This document shows, in pieces, positions 27,425 to 35,640 of a stretch of 64,000 nt of DNA. Numbering within the stretch: the stretch's first letter is position 1; the number at the start of each line of letters is the position of its first letter. A program made the translations under genes and the position numbers. The notes below the pieces were generated by a model, which saw nothing but the letters and a program-made list of their open reading frames with translations, searched no databases and was not told the DNA's origin. Location of the stretch: NCBI RefSeq assembly GCF_056746865.1, contig NZ_JBWKMP010000003.1; one strand, written 5' to 3'. Source of the DNA: a plasmid.

Positions 27425-28000
27425 ATGTTAACGGCGAACGATAACGCGTATTTAGAAGATGATCTCGTTTTGAGTGACTTTATAGGGCGACGAGAATGCT
27501 GGACGCAAAAGCGCGAGGAGCTTTATGCAGCGTTAGTTCGTAAAGGCGTCAACATCGAAACCGCACAGAACGGTGATATGACAGTGGTAAGTGTTGGACT
27601 GCACGGCGTAAGTGTGTCAGCAATCAATCATGAGCCGTACATTGCGTTATCCGAGTCGATGGTAAGGTTAGTTAAGTTCCTGAAGTACACAGAAGCGAAT
27701 AACGTGCTCATCGCCAAAAAGAACATCCCGTTCTCATCGGCCTTTTACTGGATGATGAAGGGGCTTGATGCCCGGCGAACATCATGGCCTAAAGGGAGCT
27801 ATATATCGATGCTCCGTGGCAGTGTTGGTAGCAAAGAAAAGCTCGTCGAATTCCTGCCGGAAGAGGCATTCGATATTGTTGAAGGTTGTGATGTGATGGT
27901 TATGCCTCGCCTGGTAATGATGAATGGGGATTTACAGGCGCAGACAGACTGGTTTGCAACTGGAGTTGATATTATCGCTACTGACTGGGAGGTTTTTTGA
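27425..28000 (+). CDS. Hypothetical protein with a C-terminal DUF2829 (Tad2-like) domain
   Basis: C-terminal half carries FYWMMKGLDARRTSWPKGSYISML ... DIIATDWEVF, matching the DUF2829 pattern (G..v.R..W.g ... DllA.DW.iv). Confidence 0.55.
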   Translation: MLTANDNAYLEDDLVLSDFIGRRECWTQKREELYAALVRKGVNIETAQNGDMTVVSVGLHGVSVSAINHEPYIALSESMVRLVKFLKYTEANNVLIAKKNIPFSSAFYWMMKGLDARRTSWPKGSYISMLRGSVGSKEKLVEFLPEEAFDIVEGCDVMVMPRLVMMNGDLQAQTDWFATGVDIIATDWEVF

Positions 28001-28380
28001 TGTACGAGGCTACTAAATTACGCACTGAGGATGCGATGCACATTGGTTGGGACATCATCACCTGCAAGATAACATCATGCAAGGCTACACGCACAGACGC
28101 CGGACACAAGAGCACAATATCAGGTTATGTCGTGATGTCAGTCAGGAGTGTGCGCATACGCTTCAGATGGAAAGCCTGCCAGGTTACATCATCAATGCCG
28201 CTTACCGTCGAGCAGGATTATTTATGCTTACCCGAAATAGACGGAGCGTTGCTGGTGGGCAATAGTGGTCGAAAAGCCGATTTTGAAGCCAGTCTGAAGA
28301 TGGCGCAGGCGGTGATCAACAAACATAAAGGGAAGTGGGAGGCAAAAGTTAAGCATGTTGTTCGTTTATCCCGCTGGTAG
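27997..28380 (+). CDS. Hypothetical protein, start coupled (ATGA) to the upstream gene
   Basis: 127-aa ORF with overlapping stop-start. Confidence 0.35.
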   Translation: MMYEATKLRTEDAMHIGWDIITCKITSCKATRTDAGHKSTISGYVVMSVRSVRIRFRWKACQVTSSMPLTVEQDYLCLPEIDGALLVGNSGRKADFEASLKMAQAVINKHKGKWEAKVKHVVRLSRW

Positions 28381-28410
28381 TGTTAGCAAATTGATATTAA
28401 TTTTCTAATA
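28381..28410. promoter_or_regulatory. Operator-like palindrome TGTTAGCAAATTGATATTAATTTTCTAATA
   Basis: Dispersed motif family member upstream of the lpa-position gene. Confidence 0.45.
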
Positions 28411-28487
28411 CATCATGTTTTTGACAGTCTTCTCAGTATTAACAAGCTGATTATCATCCCCTCGGTCTTTTTCTATCCGGGGGATAA

Positions 28488-28880
28488 ATGGAGCAAATCA
28501 GTAGCGCCGAAATAGCGGATATCATGATCAGGGCTAACTGCTATCTGACGGTCACCGAAATCACCAGCCGTGCAAAAGCACAATATCCTCACCTTCATGT
28601 GTCGCGCGTAAACGTAAATAACATCATACGTTTTTTTGTTCGTTCCAGTCGTGCCATTTGCGAAATAGACGACCGCGTATACCCCCGGAAATATTGGTTA
28701 CATGGCCTGAATGGATACCAGTTCAAGGTGCGCGGGCGCACTCCTGAATTCGGTCGGCTGTTGGTGAAAAACACCAACCGAAAGATAGAAGCTCAATTAC
28801 GAAAGGAGCAGCGTCAGTTGGTGGCGATGACTAACCAGCTATGGAACGCCGCTGTGAAAAAACGTGAGGCTTCCCTATGA
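28488..28880 (+). CDS. Hypothetical regulator-like protein in the Lpa position (immediately upstream of pacA-like)
   Basis: 130 aa, RBS ggggg-ataa-ATG, overlaps the pacA-like start; function inferred from P1 synteny only. Confidence 0.4.
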   Translation: MEQISSAEIADIMIRANCYLTVTEITSRAKAQYPHLHVSRVNVNNIIRFFVRSSRAICEIDDRVYPRKYWLHGLNGYQFKVRGRTPEFGRLLVKNTNRKIEAQLRKEQRQLVAMTNQLWNAAVKKREASL

Positions 28881-30241
28881 CGTTAATTAACTGGGAAGCG
28901 CATCGAGCTAAGTTCCTGGAGTTAAGAGAAGAAACCGGGATCACCATAAAAGAATATTGCGAGCAGCATGACCTCAGCTTTAACACCGCCAGAAAGCATC
29001 TCAATATGAAAAAAAATGAGGTTAAGGCGAAAGCTAAGGCTACCGGGAAAAGTACAAAACAGCGCGCAAAAAGCAGCGCCACCGGCTCAAAAAAAGAGCA
29101 AAAAAAGGCTAATAAAAGCACAGAATTTACAAAAACTGACAAATCGTTGGCTGGTGGACGGTTCCGCGCCATGCCGCAAAAACAAAATGCGGATCACAAA
29201 GAAAAGCCAAGTAATAACAACAAGATACACAAGGATGTGAAGGGATCATTTTGTGATGAAATGGGAGAAATGATCCCTAAAAGCAGCGATAAAGCCCAAC
29301 GAAACAAGGGATCATTGCAAATGATCCCTGATTCATCAGCTCAAAGCACCACTTTGCCTGCCACCAACGTCGCCCGTGAGATGATGAAGAACGGCGCGAC
29401 TGAACATTTACGACTTGCGATACAGATGGCGCAGGAACGAGCAATTCAGTATCAGGCTATCGTTGACCAGGAAGCGGAGCGACTACAGGAAGAGATTGAC
29501 GCCCTCGGTGATACACAGCCAGAGGGGATGCACCCAGGGCAGCGTCTTCTCGGACTGATCAGCGATGCGGCCTACTACATGAATGACTTTATCACCAGGC
29601 TGGCAGCCATCTATCAGAACGAGCAGAAGCTACGCCAGGGGGATGAAAAACTTGCGCAGGGCGCGCGTCAGCAGGCATTCAGGGAGGCTGAGGCCAGAGA
29701 AAAACTGGCGATTGCCCGCCTACAAGCCGAGCAGCGTGGCAAGGAGATTGAGTATCGCATTGGCGCTGACGCACGCGCCGCCAGGGTTATCGCCGCCGCT
29801 ATACGTATGCGTGAGCGCGAGGAGCTGGATGATATAGGTGTTGCTGAATATATCGAGCGGCAGGGCGTCAGTGTCCCGGCTATCCTGGCGGCACGAGCGG
29901 CAAAAGCGATCTCACTTCTGGAGCCTCCGGTTTCTGACGTTAACGATGTTGATGATGAGCAACTGGATAAAGAGGCGAAGCAGTTTGCCGAGCAACAAGC
30001 TGGACTCCCACAATGGCTTGCACAACGCCGGGCTGAAGTAGCGAAAATCGTTGATAGGCTTGGGATGGGGGATTACGACCGGAACGGAGAACGTAAAGCC
30101 GGTGAATTTGAGGCCAATGATGAAGACCTGAATATAGACCCTTCCGCGACGGCTGATATCTACGGTGATTATGACGCGGGGGATACCGGTTTTGATGCTG
30201 TAGATGACGAGATTGCGATAGACCAGCCGGAGGATGACTAA
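28877..30241 (+). CDS. PacA-like terminase small subunit (contains pac-like hexamer cluster)
   Basis: 454 aa immediately upstream of and coupled (ATGA) to the large terminase; HTH-like N-terminus, acidic C-terminal tail; internal cluster of Dam-site hexamers like the P1 pac site inside pacA. Confidence 0.55.
   Translation: MTLINWEAHRAKFLELREETGITIKEYCEQHDLSFNTARKHLNMKKNEVKAKAKATGKSTKQRAKSSATGSKKEQKKANKSTEFTKTDKSLAGGRFRAMPQKQNADHKEKPSNNNKIHKDVKGSFCDEMGEMIPKSSDKAQRNKGSLQMIPDSSAQSTTLPATNVAREMMKNGATEHLRLAIQMAQERAIQYQAIVDQEAERLQEEIDALGDTQPEGMHPGQRLLGLISDAAYYMNDFITRLAAIYQNEQKLRQGDEKLAQGARQQAFREAEAREKLAIARLQAEQRGKEIEYRIGADARAARVIAAAIRMREREELDDIGVAEYIERQGVSVPAILAARAAKAISLLEPPVSDVNDVDDEQLDKEAKQFAEQQAGLPQWLAQRRAEVAKIVDRLGMGDYDRNGERKAGEFEANDEDLNIDPSATADIYGDYDAGDTGFDAVDDEIAIDQPEDD
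29191..29327. promoter_or_regulatory. pac-like site: five GATC-containing hexamers (GGATCA x3, TGATCC x2) including two inverted copies of AATGATCCCT
   Basis: Hexamers at 29191, 29243, 29271, 29309 and 29322; aagggatcatt and aaatgatccct each occur twice. Confidence 0.5.
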
Positions 30242-31749
30242 TGGCTGGTGGTCGTAAGATTAAGTGCGTCACCAGTGATCCACGTTGGCGCGATATGGTT
30301 ATCAGGTATCGATACAACTTTACCCAGGCGGTTGTCGATATTTTTGGGATGTTCCCCTCCCACCAGCAGCAGCAGATCATTCAGTCAGTGCAGGAGACGG
30401 GGAGCAGGACGACCGTTACGTCCGGACACGGAACGGGTAAGTCGTCCCTTACCGCGATGTTGCTACTAATTTTTATGATCCTGTTCCCCGACGCCCGCGT
30501 CATTATTGTTGCGAACAAAATAGGCCAGGTAAAAACAGGCGTATTCAAATACGTGAAACAGTTTTGGGCGAATGCTGTTAAGCGCCACGGCTGGTTACAG
30601 ACCTATTTTGTCCTGTCTGACACCATGTTTTATGAGCGTTCCCGTAAAGGGATATGGGAAGTGCTCTGTAAAGGTTATCGACTCGGTAACGAAGAGGCAC
30701 TGGCGGGGGAGCACGCGGAGCATTTACTGCTAATCCTTGATGAAGCATCGGGCATATCCGATAAGGCGATTAACGTCATGACGGGGGCGTTAACGCAGAA
30801 AGATAACCGTATGCTCATGCTTTCCCAGCCTACGCGTCCAAGCGGTTACTTTTATGAATCTCACCATTCAAGGGCAAAGGCAGAAGGCAATCCGGAAGGT
30901 GTCTGGACGGCAATAGTCCTTAACTCTGAAGAATCACCATTCGTTGAACCGAGCTTTATTCGTGAGAAATTGCTGGAGTACGGCGGCAGGGATTCGCTGG
31001 AGTACATGGTTAAGGTGCTGGGCCAGTTCCCGCGTGCAATTAACGGGTATTTGCTTGGTCGTGATGAGTGCGACCGCGCCGCACGGCGTAAAGTGTTGCT
31101 GGAGAAAGATTGGGGCTGGGTAGCGACCGCTGACGTCGGTAATGGTCGCGATAAATCGGTGCTCAATATATGCAAAGTATCCGGTTATCGTGAGAAACGA
31201 CGCGTTGTGAACTTTAAGATACTGGAGATGCCAGGCACTATGGACCCGTTGGCTTTTGCCGACTTTATCTATAACGAATGCACTCCTGATAAATACCCGA
31301 ACATCACCATTGCTGTGGATGCTGATGGCTTTGGTTCAGATACGTGTGCGCAGCTTGTCCGCCGTGGTGCTAATCCCGTTCGCATCCGTTGGGGTAAGCC
31401 TATGTTTGCGCTAAGAGACAGAGAACGCTTTGTCAATCAGCGTGCTTACGCCAATATTATGGCAGGGGATGCCATTAAATCCGGGCGTATGCGTATCGAT
31501 AGTGACCCCAAAACCGCAGATCAGGCATCAAAAATCCCGTATATGCTTAACGAAGAAGGGAAGGTAGCGATGATGCGCAAGGAGCACATGCGGCAGAAGT
31601 TAAACATCAAGTCACCGGACAGATGGGATACCTACTGCTTCACTATGCTGGTGGATTACGTGCCTGCTAATGAAGACATTGGCGCAGAACTCGCAACATT
31701 CCGCGATCAGGTGTTGGCAGAAGTGGATATTCCTGATATTGACATTTAA
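30241..31749 (+). CDS. PacB-like terminase large subunit
   Basis: 502 aa; P-loop GHGTGKSS, Walker B LLLILDEASG, C-terminal nuclease-like region with VDADGFG; coupled to the upstream small-subunit gene. Confidence 0.75.
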   Translation: MAGGRKIKCVTSDPRWRDMVIRYRYNFTQAVVDIFGMFPSHQQQQIIQSVQETGSRTTVTSGHGTGKSSLTAMLLLIFMILFPDARVIIVANKIGQVKTGVFKYVKQFWANAVKRHGWLQTYFVLSDTMFYERSRKGIWEVLCKGYRLGNEEALAGEHAEHLLLILDEASGISDKAINVMTGALTQKDNRMLMLSQPTRPSGYFYESHHSRAKAEGNPEGVWTAIVLNSEESPFVEPSFIREKLLEYGGRDSLEYMVKVLGQFPRAINGYLLGRDECDRAARRKVLLEKDWGWVATADVGNGRDKSVLNICKVSGYREKRRVVNFKILEMPGTMDPLAFADFIYNECTPDKYPNITIAVDADGFGSDTCAQLVRRGANPVRIRWGKPMFALRDRERFVNQRAYANIMAGDAIKSGRMRIDSDPKTADQASKIPYMLNEEGKVAMMRKEHMRQKLNIKSPDRWDTYCFTMLVDYVPANEDIGAELATFRDQVLAEVDIPDIDI

Positions 31750-31750
31750 A

Positions 31751-31770
31751 AGCCCCGGCGATTCGGGGCT
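31751..31770. terminator. GC-rich hairpin between convergent pacB-like and the repressor-candidate gene
   Basis: agccccg-gcgattc-ggggct. Confidence 0.4.
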
Positions 31771-31786
31771 TGTGGGTGGCTTGCGA

Positions 31787-32824
31787 TTACCAGAGTTTTG
31801 CCGCGTACATCGTTTGTGTGAATGTGTACCCATAGCGTTCTTCAACGCTTTTACCGTATTTTTTCCTGGCTTCAGTAAGGCGGATGCCTGTCAGGTCATC
31901 GCCGGAGGCAATCATAACTTCCAGTAGTTCCAGGTCCATTTTATCCAGCCTTGCCATTGCATCTTTAGCCTCTTGAATTTTCCGGCTAACGATCTGGTGT
32001 ATGGCTGGATCGGCTTCGGCCAGCATTTTATCTGATTTGTTTTTTAAACTCTGATTGCGGATATCAATGTTTCTCAGGATATATGACTTCACGACGTAGC
32101 TTGGCTGCTGCTTTTCCAGATCACGAACCCGATAAAGGTCAAATTCGCCGAGAAGTCCGCACGGAAGCGGTTTAATGCCAGTGTAAATGGTAAGGGTGCG
32201 GCGCTCACCAACGTTGTTAACAACGGGAATCTCTGTGTTTGCTTTTTTTGCAAAGATCAGCGCACCGTGCGTACCCACTCTGAAGCGTGAAAGTCCATTG
32301 TTGCCCTCAATATTGGTGGTAATCACCACATCGGTATAACCTTCTTTTCTTGCGCGGTATACCTCGCCCTCACGTTCAGCGGCGAAGAATCTGCGTTCTT
32401 CTTCAAGCGCACCGACAACCTGTGAAAATATCCTGTTTTTCATGCTTTTCTTTATAGTTTTATCGTATTTTTTCAGCAGGTCTTCGCGCGTAAATGTTCT
32501 CGTTGTGGTTGCGCTTTGCATAACGATGTGCGTACTCTGATTAGTATCCTCAACAATGAATGGGATCGGTAAATAAACCGACTCAACAATGTTTGAGGCT
32601 TTGTCATCATCCTTGCGACACAGATCAACAAAGGCTTTCCATTCGGCTATGCATTTTTCAGCTTCTTCTAATACAGCCGGATCATGTGTTAATGCAACAT
32701 GGCGAAATTCCTCGCCAACATAACTGGTATCATGGAAAACAGAGTTTGCGACCACCAGCTCTTTCCACCTTTCAGCGGTTTGCAGGAACCGTTTGTACTC
32801 ATTCTCGATCGACTTCTTACTCAT
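31787..32824 (-). CDS. Hypothetical 345-aa protein; candidate immunity repressor (P1 c1 position: convergent with pacB, next to lox/cre)
   Basis: Best start is the internal ATG (MSKKSIENEY) with RBS aggaa; an operator motif TGTTAGAAAA lies immediately upstream on the coding strand; no recognisable domain by eye. Confidence 0.45.
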   Translation of the reverse strand: MSKKSIENEYKRFLQTAERWKELVVANSVFHDTSYVGEEFRHVALTHDPAVLEEAEKCIAEWKAFVDLCRKDDDKASNIVESVYLPIPFIVEDTNQSTHIVMQSATTTRTFTREDLLKKYDKTIKKSMKNRIFSQVVGALEEERRFFAAEREGEVYRARKEGYTDVVITTNIEGNNGLSRFRVGTHGALIFAKKANTEIPVVNNVGERRTLTIYTGIKPLPCGLLGEFDLYRVRDLEKQQPSYVVKSYILRNIDIRNQSLKNKSDKMLAEADPAIHQIVSRKIQEAKDAMARLDKMDLELLEVMIASGDDLTGIRLTEARKKYGKSVEERYGYTFTQTMYAAKLW

Positions 32825-32843
32825 TATTCCTACTCGATTTAGT

Positions 32844-32853
32844 TTTCTAACAT
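32844..32853. promoter_or_regulatory. Operator motif TTTTCTAACA in the promoter of the repressor-candidate gene
   Basis: Dispersed motif family member; a second copy at about 32927-32941. Confidence 0.45.
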
Positions 32854-33019
32854 AAAAGTCCTGTGACAAATTTATGCTGAATAACAAGGTGAGTAAAGGA
32901 TAAAACCGCTTTTTTTTGATTGTTCCTATTAGAAAATGTAACCAGGAGCGGCTACCGCATGGCTGACGGATTTGCGAAGTGATCTGGTCGGTGTTTTTTT
33001 GGGAAAAAAGTTCCGATTT

Positions 33020-33053
33020 CTAACTTTAAATAATTGGCATTATTTAAAGTTAG
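33020..33053. promoter_or_regulatory. lox-like recombination site (13-8-13): CTAACTTTAAATA ATTGGCAT TATTTAAAGTTAG
   Basis: Perfect 13-bp inverted arms around an asymmetric 8-bp spacer; same architecture as loxP and 9/13 arm identity to it; 150 bp upstream of the Cre-like gene. Confidence 0.7.
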
Positions 33054-33204
33054 GCTATAATCTCCAGTAAACAGGCAGTATTGACAAGGATGAAAAATCA
33101 TGCCTCGAATCAAAGGCTTGAATTTTGAAAATTAACTTATAACTACCCTGTCAGTTTTCTATTTTTCACGTAGCGTTATCTGTATATAGAGGTTTAATAG
33201 TTTC

Positions 33205-34233
33205 ATGGGTGAACTAGTTATCTCCGGCGGTTCTGGTGGTTTTCTGCGCGATATTGGCACCGAATACCAGGAAGCTGCAAAAAACTTTATGCAGTTCATG
33301 AACGACCAGGGAGCTTATGCTCCAAATACGCTTCGAGATCTCCGTCTGGTGTTTCATTCCTGGGCGCGGTGGTGTAATTCGCGCCAGCGCCCCTGGTTCC
33401 CGATTACGCCGGAAATGGCCCGCGAGTATCTTCTCCAGTTGCATGAGGCCGATCTGGCCTCGACCACCATTGATAAGCACTATGCCATGCTTAACATGCT
33501 GCTTTCGCAATGTGGCCTCCCGCCGCTGTCGGACGATAAAAGTGTGTCTCTGGCCATGCGGCGCATCCGGCGCGAAGCGGCAACGGAAAAAGGCGAGCGA
33601 ACAGGCCAGGCTATACCGTTGCGGTGGGATGATCTGAAATTGCTCGACGTGTTGCTGTCCCGTTCCGAGCGGCTGGTGGACCTGCGCAATCGGGCGTTTC
33701 TCTTCGTGGCATACAATACCCTGATGCGTATGTCAGAAATCTCGCGCATCCGCGTCGGAGATCTGGACCAAACAGGTGACACTGTAACGCTGCATATTTC
33801 ACACACGAAGACCATCACGACCGCCGCCGGACTTGATAAGGTGCTTTCTCGTTACACTACCGCCGTACTGAACGACTGGCTGGAGGTGTCCGGACTTCGA
33901 GAACATCCGGACGCGGTGCTATTCCCGCCAATACACCGCAGTAATAAGGCCAGAATCACGACAACGCCCCTTACTGCACCTGCAATGGAGAAAATATTCA
34001 GCGATGCCTGGGGGTTGCTGAACAAACGAGATGCCACGCCGAACAAAGGAAGATACCGGACGTGGACAGGCCATAGTGCGCGTGTTGGTGCGGCAATTGA
34101 TATGGCTGAGAAACAGGTGTCAATGGTCGAGATCATGCAGGAAGGTACATGGAAAAAGCCCGAAACACTTATGCGATATTTGCGCCGTAGCGGGGCATCC
34201 GTTGGTGCAAATAGTCGCCTGATGGACTCATAA
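33205..34233 (+). CDS. cre: Cre-like tyrosine site-specific recombinase
   Basis: Colinear similarity to P1 Cre as I recall it (SWARWCNSRQRPWFP..., NMLLSQCGLPPLSDDKSVSLAMRRIRRE, WTGHSARVGAAIDMA, C-terminal Tyr in LMRYLRR); ORF-track start is non-ATG. Confidence 0.9.
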   Translation: MGELVISGGSGGFLRDIGTEYQEAAKNFMQFMNDQGAYAPNTLRDLRLVFHSWARWCNSRQRPWFPITPEMAREYLLQLHEADLASTTIDKHYAMLNMLLSQCGLPPLSDDKSVSLAMRRIRREAATEKGERTGQAIPLRWDDLKLLDVLLSRSERLVDLRNRAFLFVAYNTLMRMSEISRIRVGDLDQTGDTVTLHISHTKTITTAAGLDKVLSRYTTAVLNDWLEVSGLREHPDAVLFPPIHRSNKARITTTPLTAPAMEKIFSDAWGLLNKRDATPNKGRYRTWTGHSARVGAAIDMAEKQVSMVEIMQEGTWKKPETLMRYLRRSGASVGANSRLMDS

Positions 34234-34277
34234 ATTAATTTTCTAACAACCTTTTTAGACAGTGCATTTTAATGTAA

Positions 34278-34306
34278 AGTACCCTCGCCTATTGCGGAGG
34301 GTACTT
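34278..34306 (+). terminator. Strong hairpin after cre-like (no T-run)
   Basis: aagtaccctcgc-ctatt-gcggagggtactt. Confidence 0.4.
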
Positions 34307-34650
34307 TGCACAATCGTATTACGGAATCAAAACGCTTCACTGTTGACGGTTACACCATAACCTTCACTGCGGGCGTTAAGCGCGACCAGGCGGTCGTGGT
34401 GTTCGGTGTTATGACCGGACTTGATGCCGTTCCCGTATTTACCCTCGAAAAAAACTGGCGAAATCTGGAGGAAGCTGAACGCTACGTCCGGAAAGTAACC
34501 GTCATTGCTGCTGAAAAACTCCTGGCCCACTATCAGGAAAATTATCGCGCTATGACCGAGAAAATTAACCATGTTTTCACTCGCCCCACCAGCGGCTTCA
34601 TTGCCCCTGATGCGAATGCCGGGCGCTATCCGGCAAGGGGGCGCAAATGA
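34306..34650 (+). CDS. Hypothetical protein (start uncertain, TTG or internal ATG)
   Basis: 114-aa ORF. Confidence 0.3.
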   Translation: MHNRITESKRFTVDGYTITFTAGVKRDQAVVVFGVMTGLDAVPVFTLEKNWRNLEEAERYVRKVTVIAAEKLLAHYQENYRAMTEKINHVFTRPTSGFIAPDANAGRYPARGRK

Positions 34651-35135
34651 AAACTTACTACCCATCCCTGAACTGTTATCCAACCACTAATCCTGAGCTG
34701 TCAGGGAAACTTCTGTCCCTCCTGGCTGATAGTCCTGATGAATGGCATAAGCCTGGTGATATCAACACACAGTTCCCTGAGTACGGGTGTATCCGCACCC
34801 GAAATGAGCTGAAGAACCTCATTGCTCACGGTTTTGTCCGTCACCGTAGCGGGAAAGGCTATCAGTTGGCTATCCCACAAGGAGAGGCAAGAGAACTCTT
34901 TGGCTATCGAGAAAGCCAGACGCAAGCGCGGGTGATCGCAGAAATTATCCGTAATGGCAGCGTCTATGCCCGCAAATTCTGGCTGTCTGGCGGTGGTGAT
35001 GCATCACAGTTCTTGCGTGCTGTGCGATCGCTGGAGGAACAAGGTGTTATCGAGAATACCTGCGTCTCCGTTCCGACCGCTCCGCATATCAAACGCCGGA
35101 TTTATACATTTACCCGGAGAGCTAAAAAGCAATGA
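34647..35135 (+). CDS. Hypothetical protein (162 aa)
   Basis: ATGA-coupled ORF in an operon with dut. Confidence 0.45.
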   Translation: MKTYYPSLNCYPTTNPELSGKLLSLLADSPDEWHKPGDINTQFPEYGCIRTRNELKNLIAHGFVRHRSGKGYQLAIPQGEARELFGYRESQTQARVIAEIIRNGSVYARKFWLSGGGDASQFLRAVRSLEEQGVIENTCVSVPTAPHIKRRIYTFTRRAKKQ

Positions 35136-35626
35136 TTAACGTGAAAGTGAAACGCCTTCATCCGGCGGCAAAACTCCCCGTTTACGCCACCGCCGGATCG
35201 GCGGCGATGGATTTTGTTGCTGTTGAAATAACGCCGGGTATCGATAGCAACGGCGCTATTTCCTCAAGCTGGTGGGTGCATACCGGCCTCGCTATGGCGA
35301 TCCCTCCTGGCTGGTGTCTGAAACTTTATCCTCGTTCCGGATTGGGCTGCAAAAAGCATACGCGCCTGGCTAACTGCGTAGGAATTATCGACTCCGATTA
35401 TCGCGGTGAAATCAAAGCAAAACTGATTACAGATCCCGGTGGTGAAGGCGTTTGCCTCAAGCCAGGAATGGCGGTCATGCAAGGCATTTTTGAGCGTGTT
35501 GAACCGGTATCGCTGGTAGAAGTTGATGAACTCGATGAAACAGAGCGAGGTGCTGGTGGCTTTGGTAGCACATCGGAAGACCGCATTGAAATCAAGCGTA
35601 CACCGCTTCAGTACGCAAAGTTTTAA
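35132..35626 (+). CDS. dut: dUTPase (trimeric dUTP pyrophosphatase)
   Basis: All hallmark motifs: AAMDF, PRSGLG, GIIDSDYRGEI, RGAGGFGSTS. Confidence 0.85.
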   Translation: MINVKVKRLHPAAKLPVYATAGSAAMDFVAVEITPGIDSNGAISSSWWVHTGLAMAIPPGWCLKLYPRSGLGCKKHTRLANCVGIIDSDYRGEIKAKLITDPGGEGVCLKPGMAVMQGIFERVEPVSLVEVDELDETERGAGGFGSTSEDRIEIKRTPLQYAKF

Positions 35627-35640
35627 GTAGAGGAAAGGCT

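Noticed and set aside
31787-32887. 366-aa version of the repressor-candidate ORF starting MLFSINLS
   Set aside because: The first 21 codons run through the operator and promoter region and lack an RBS; the internal ATG (32824) has an RBS directly downstream of the operator motif.
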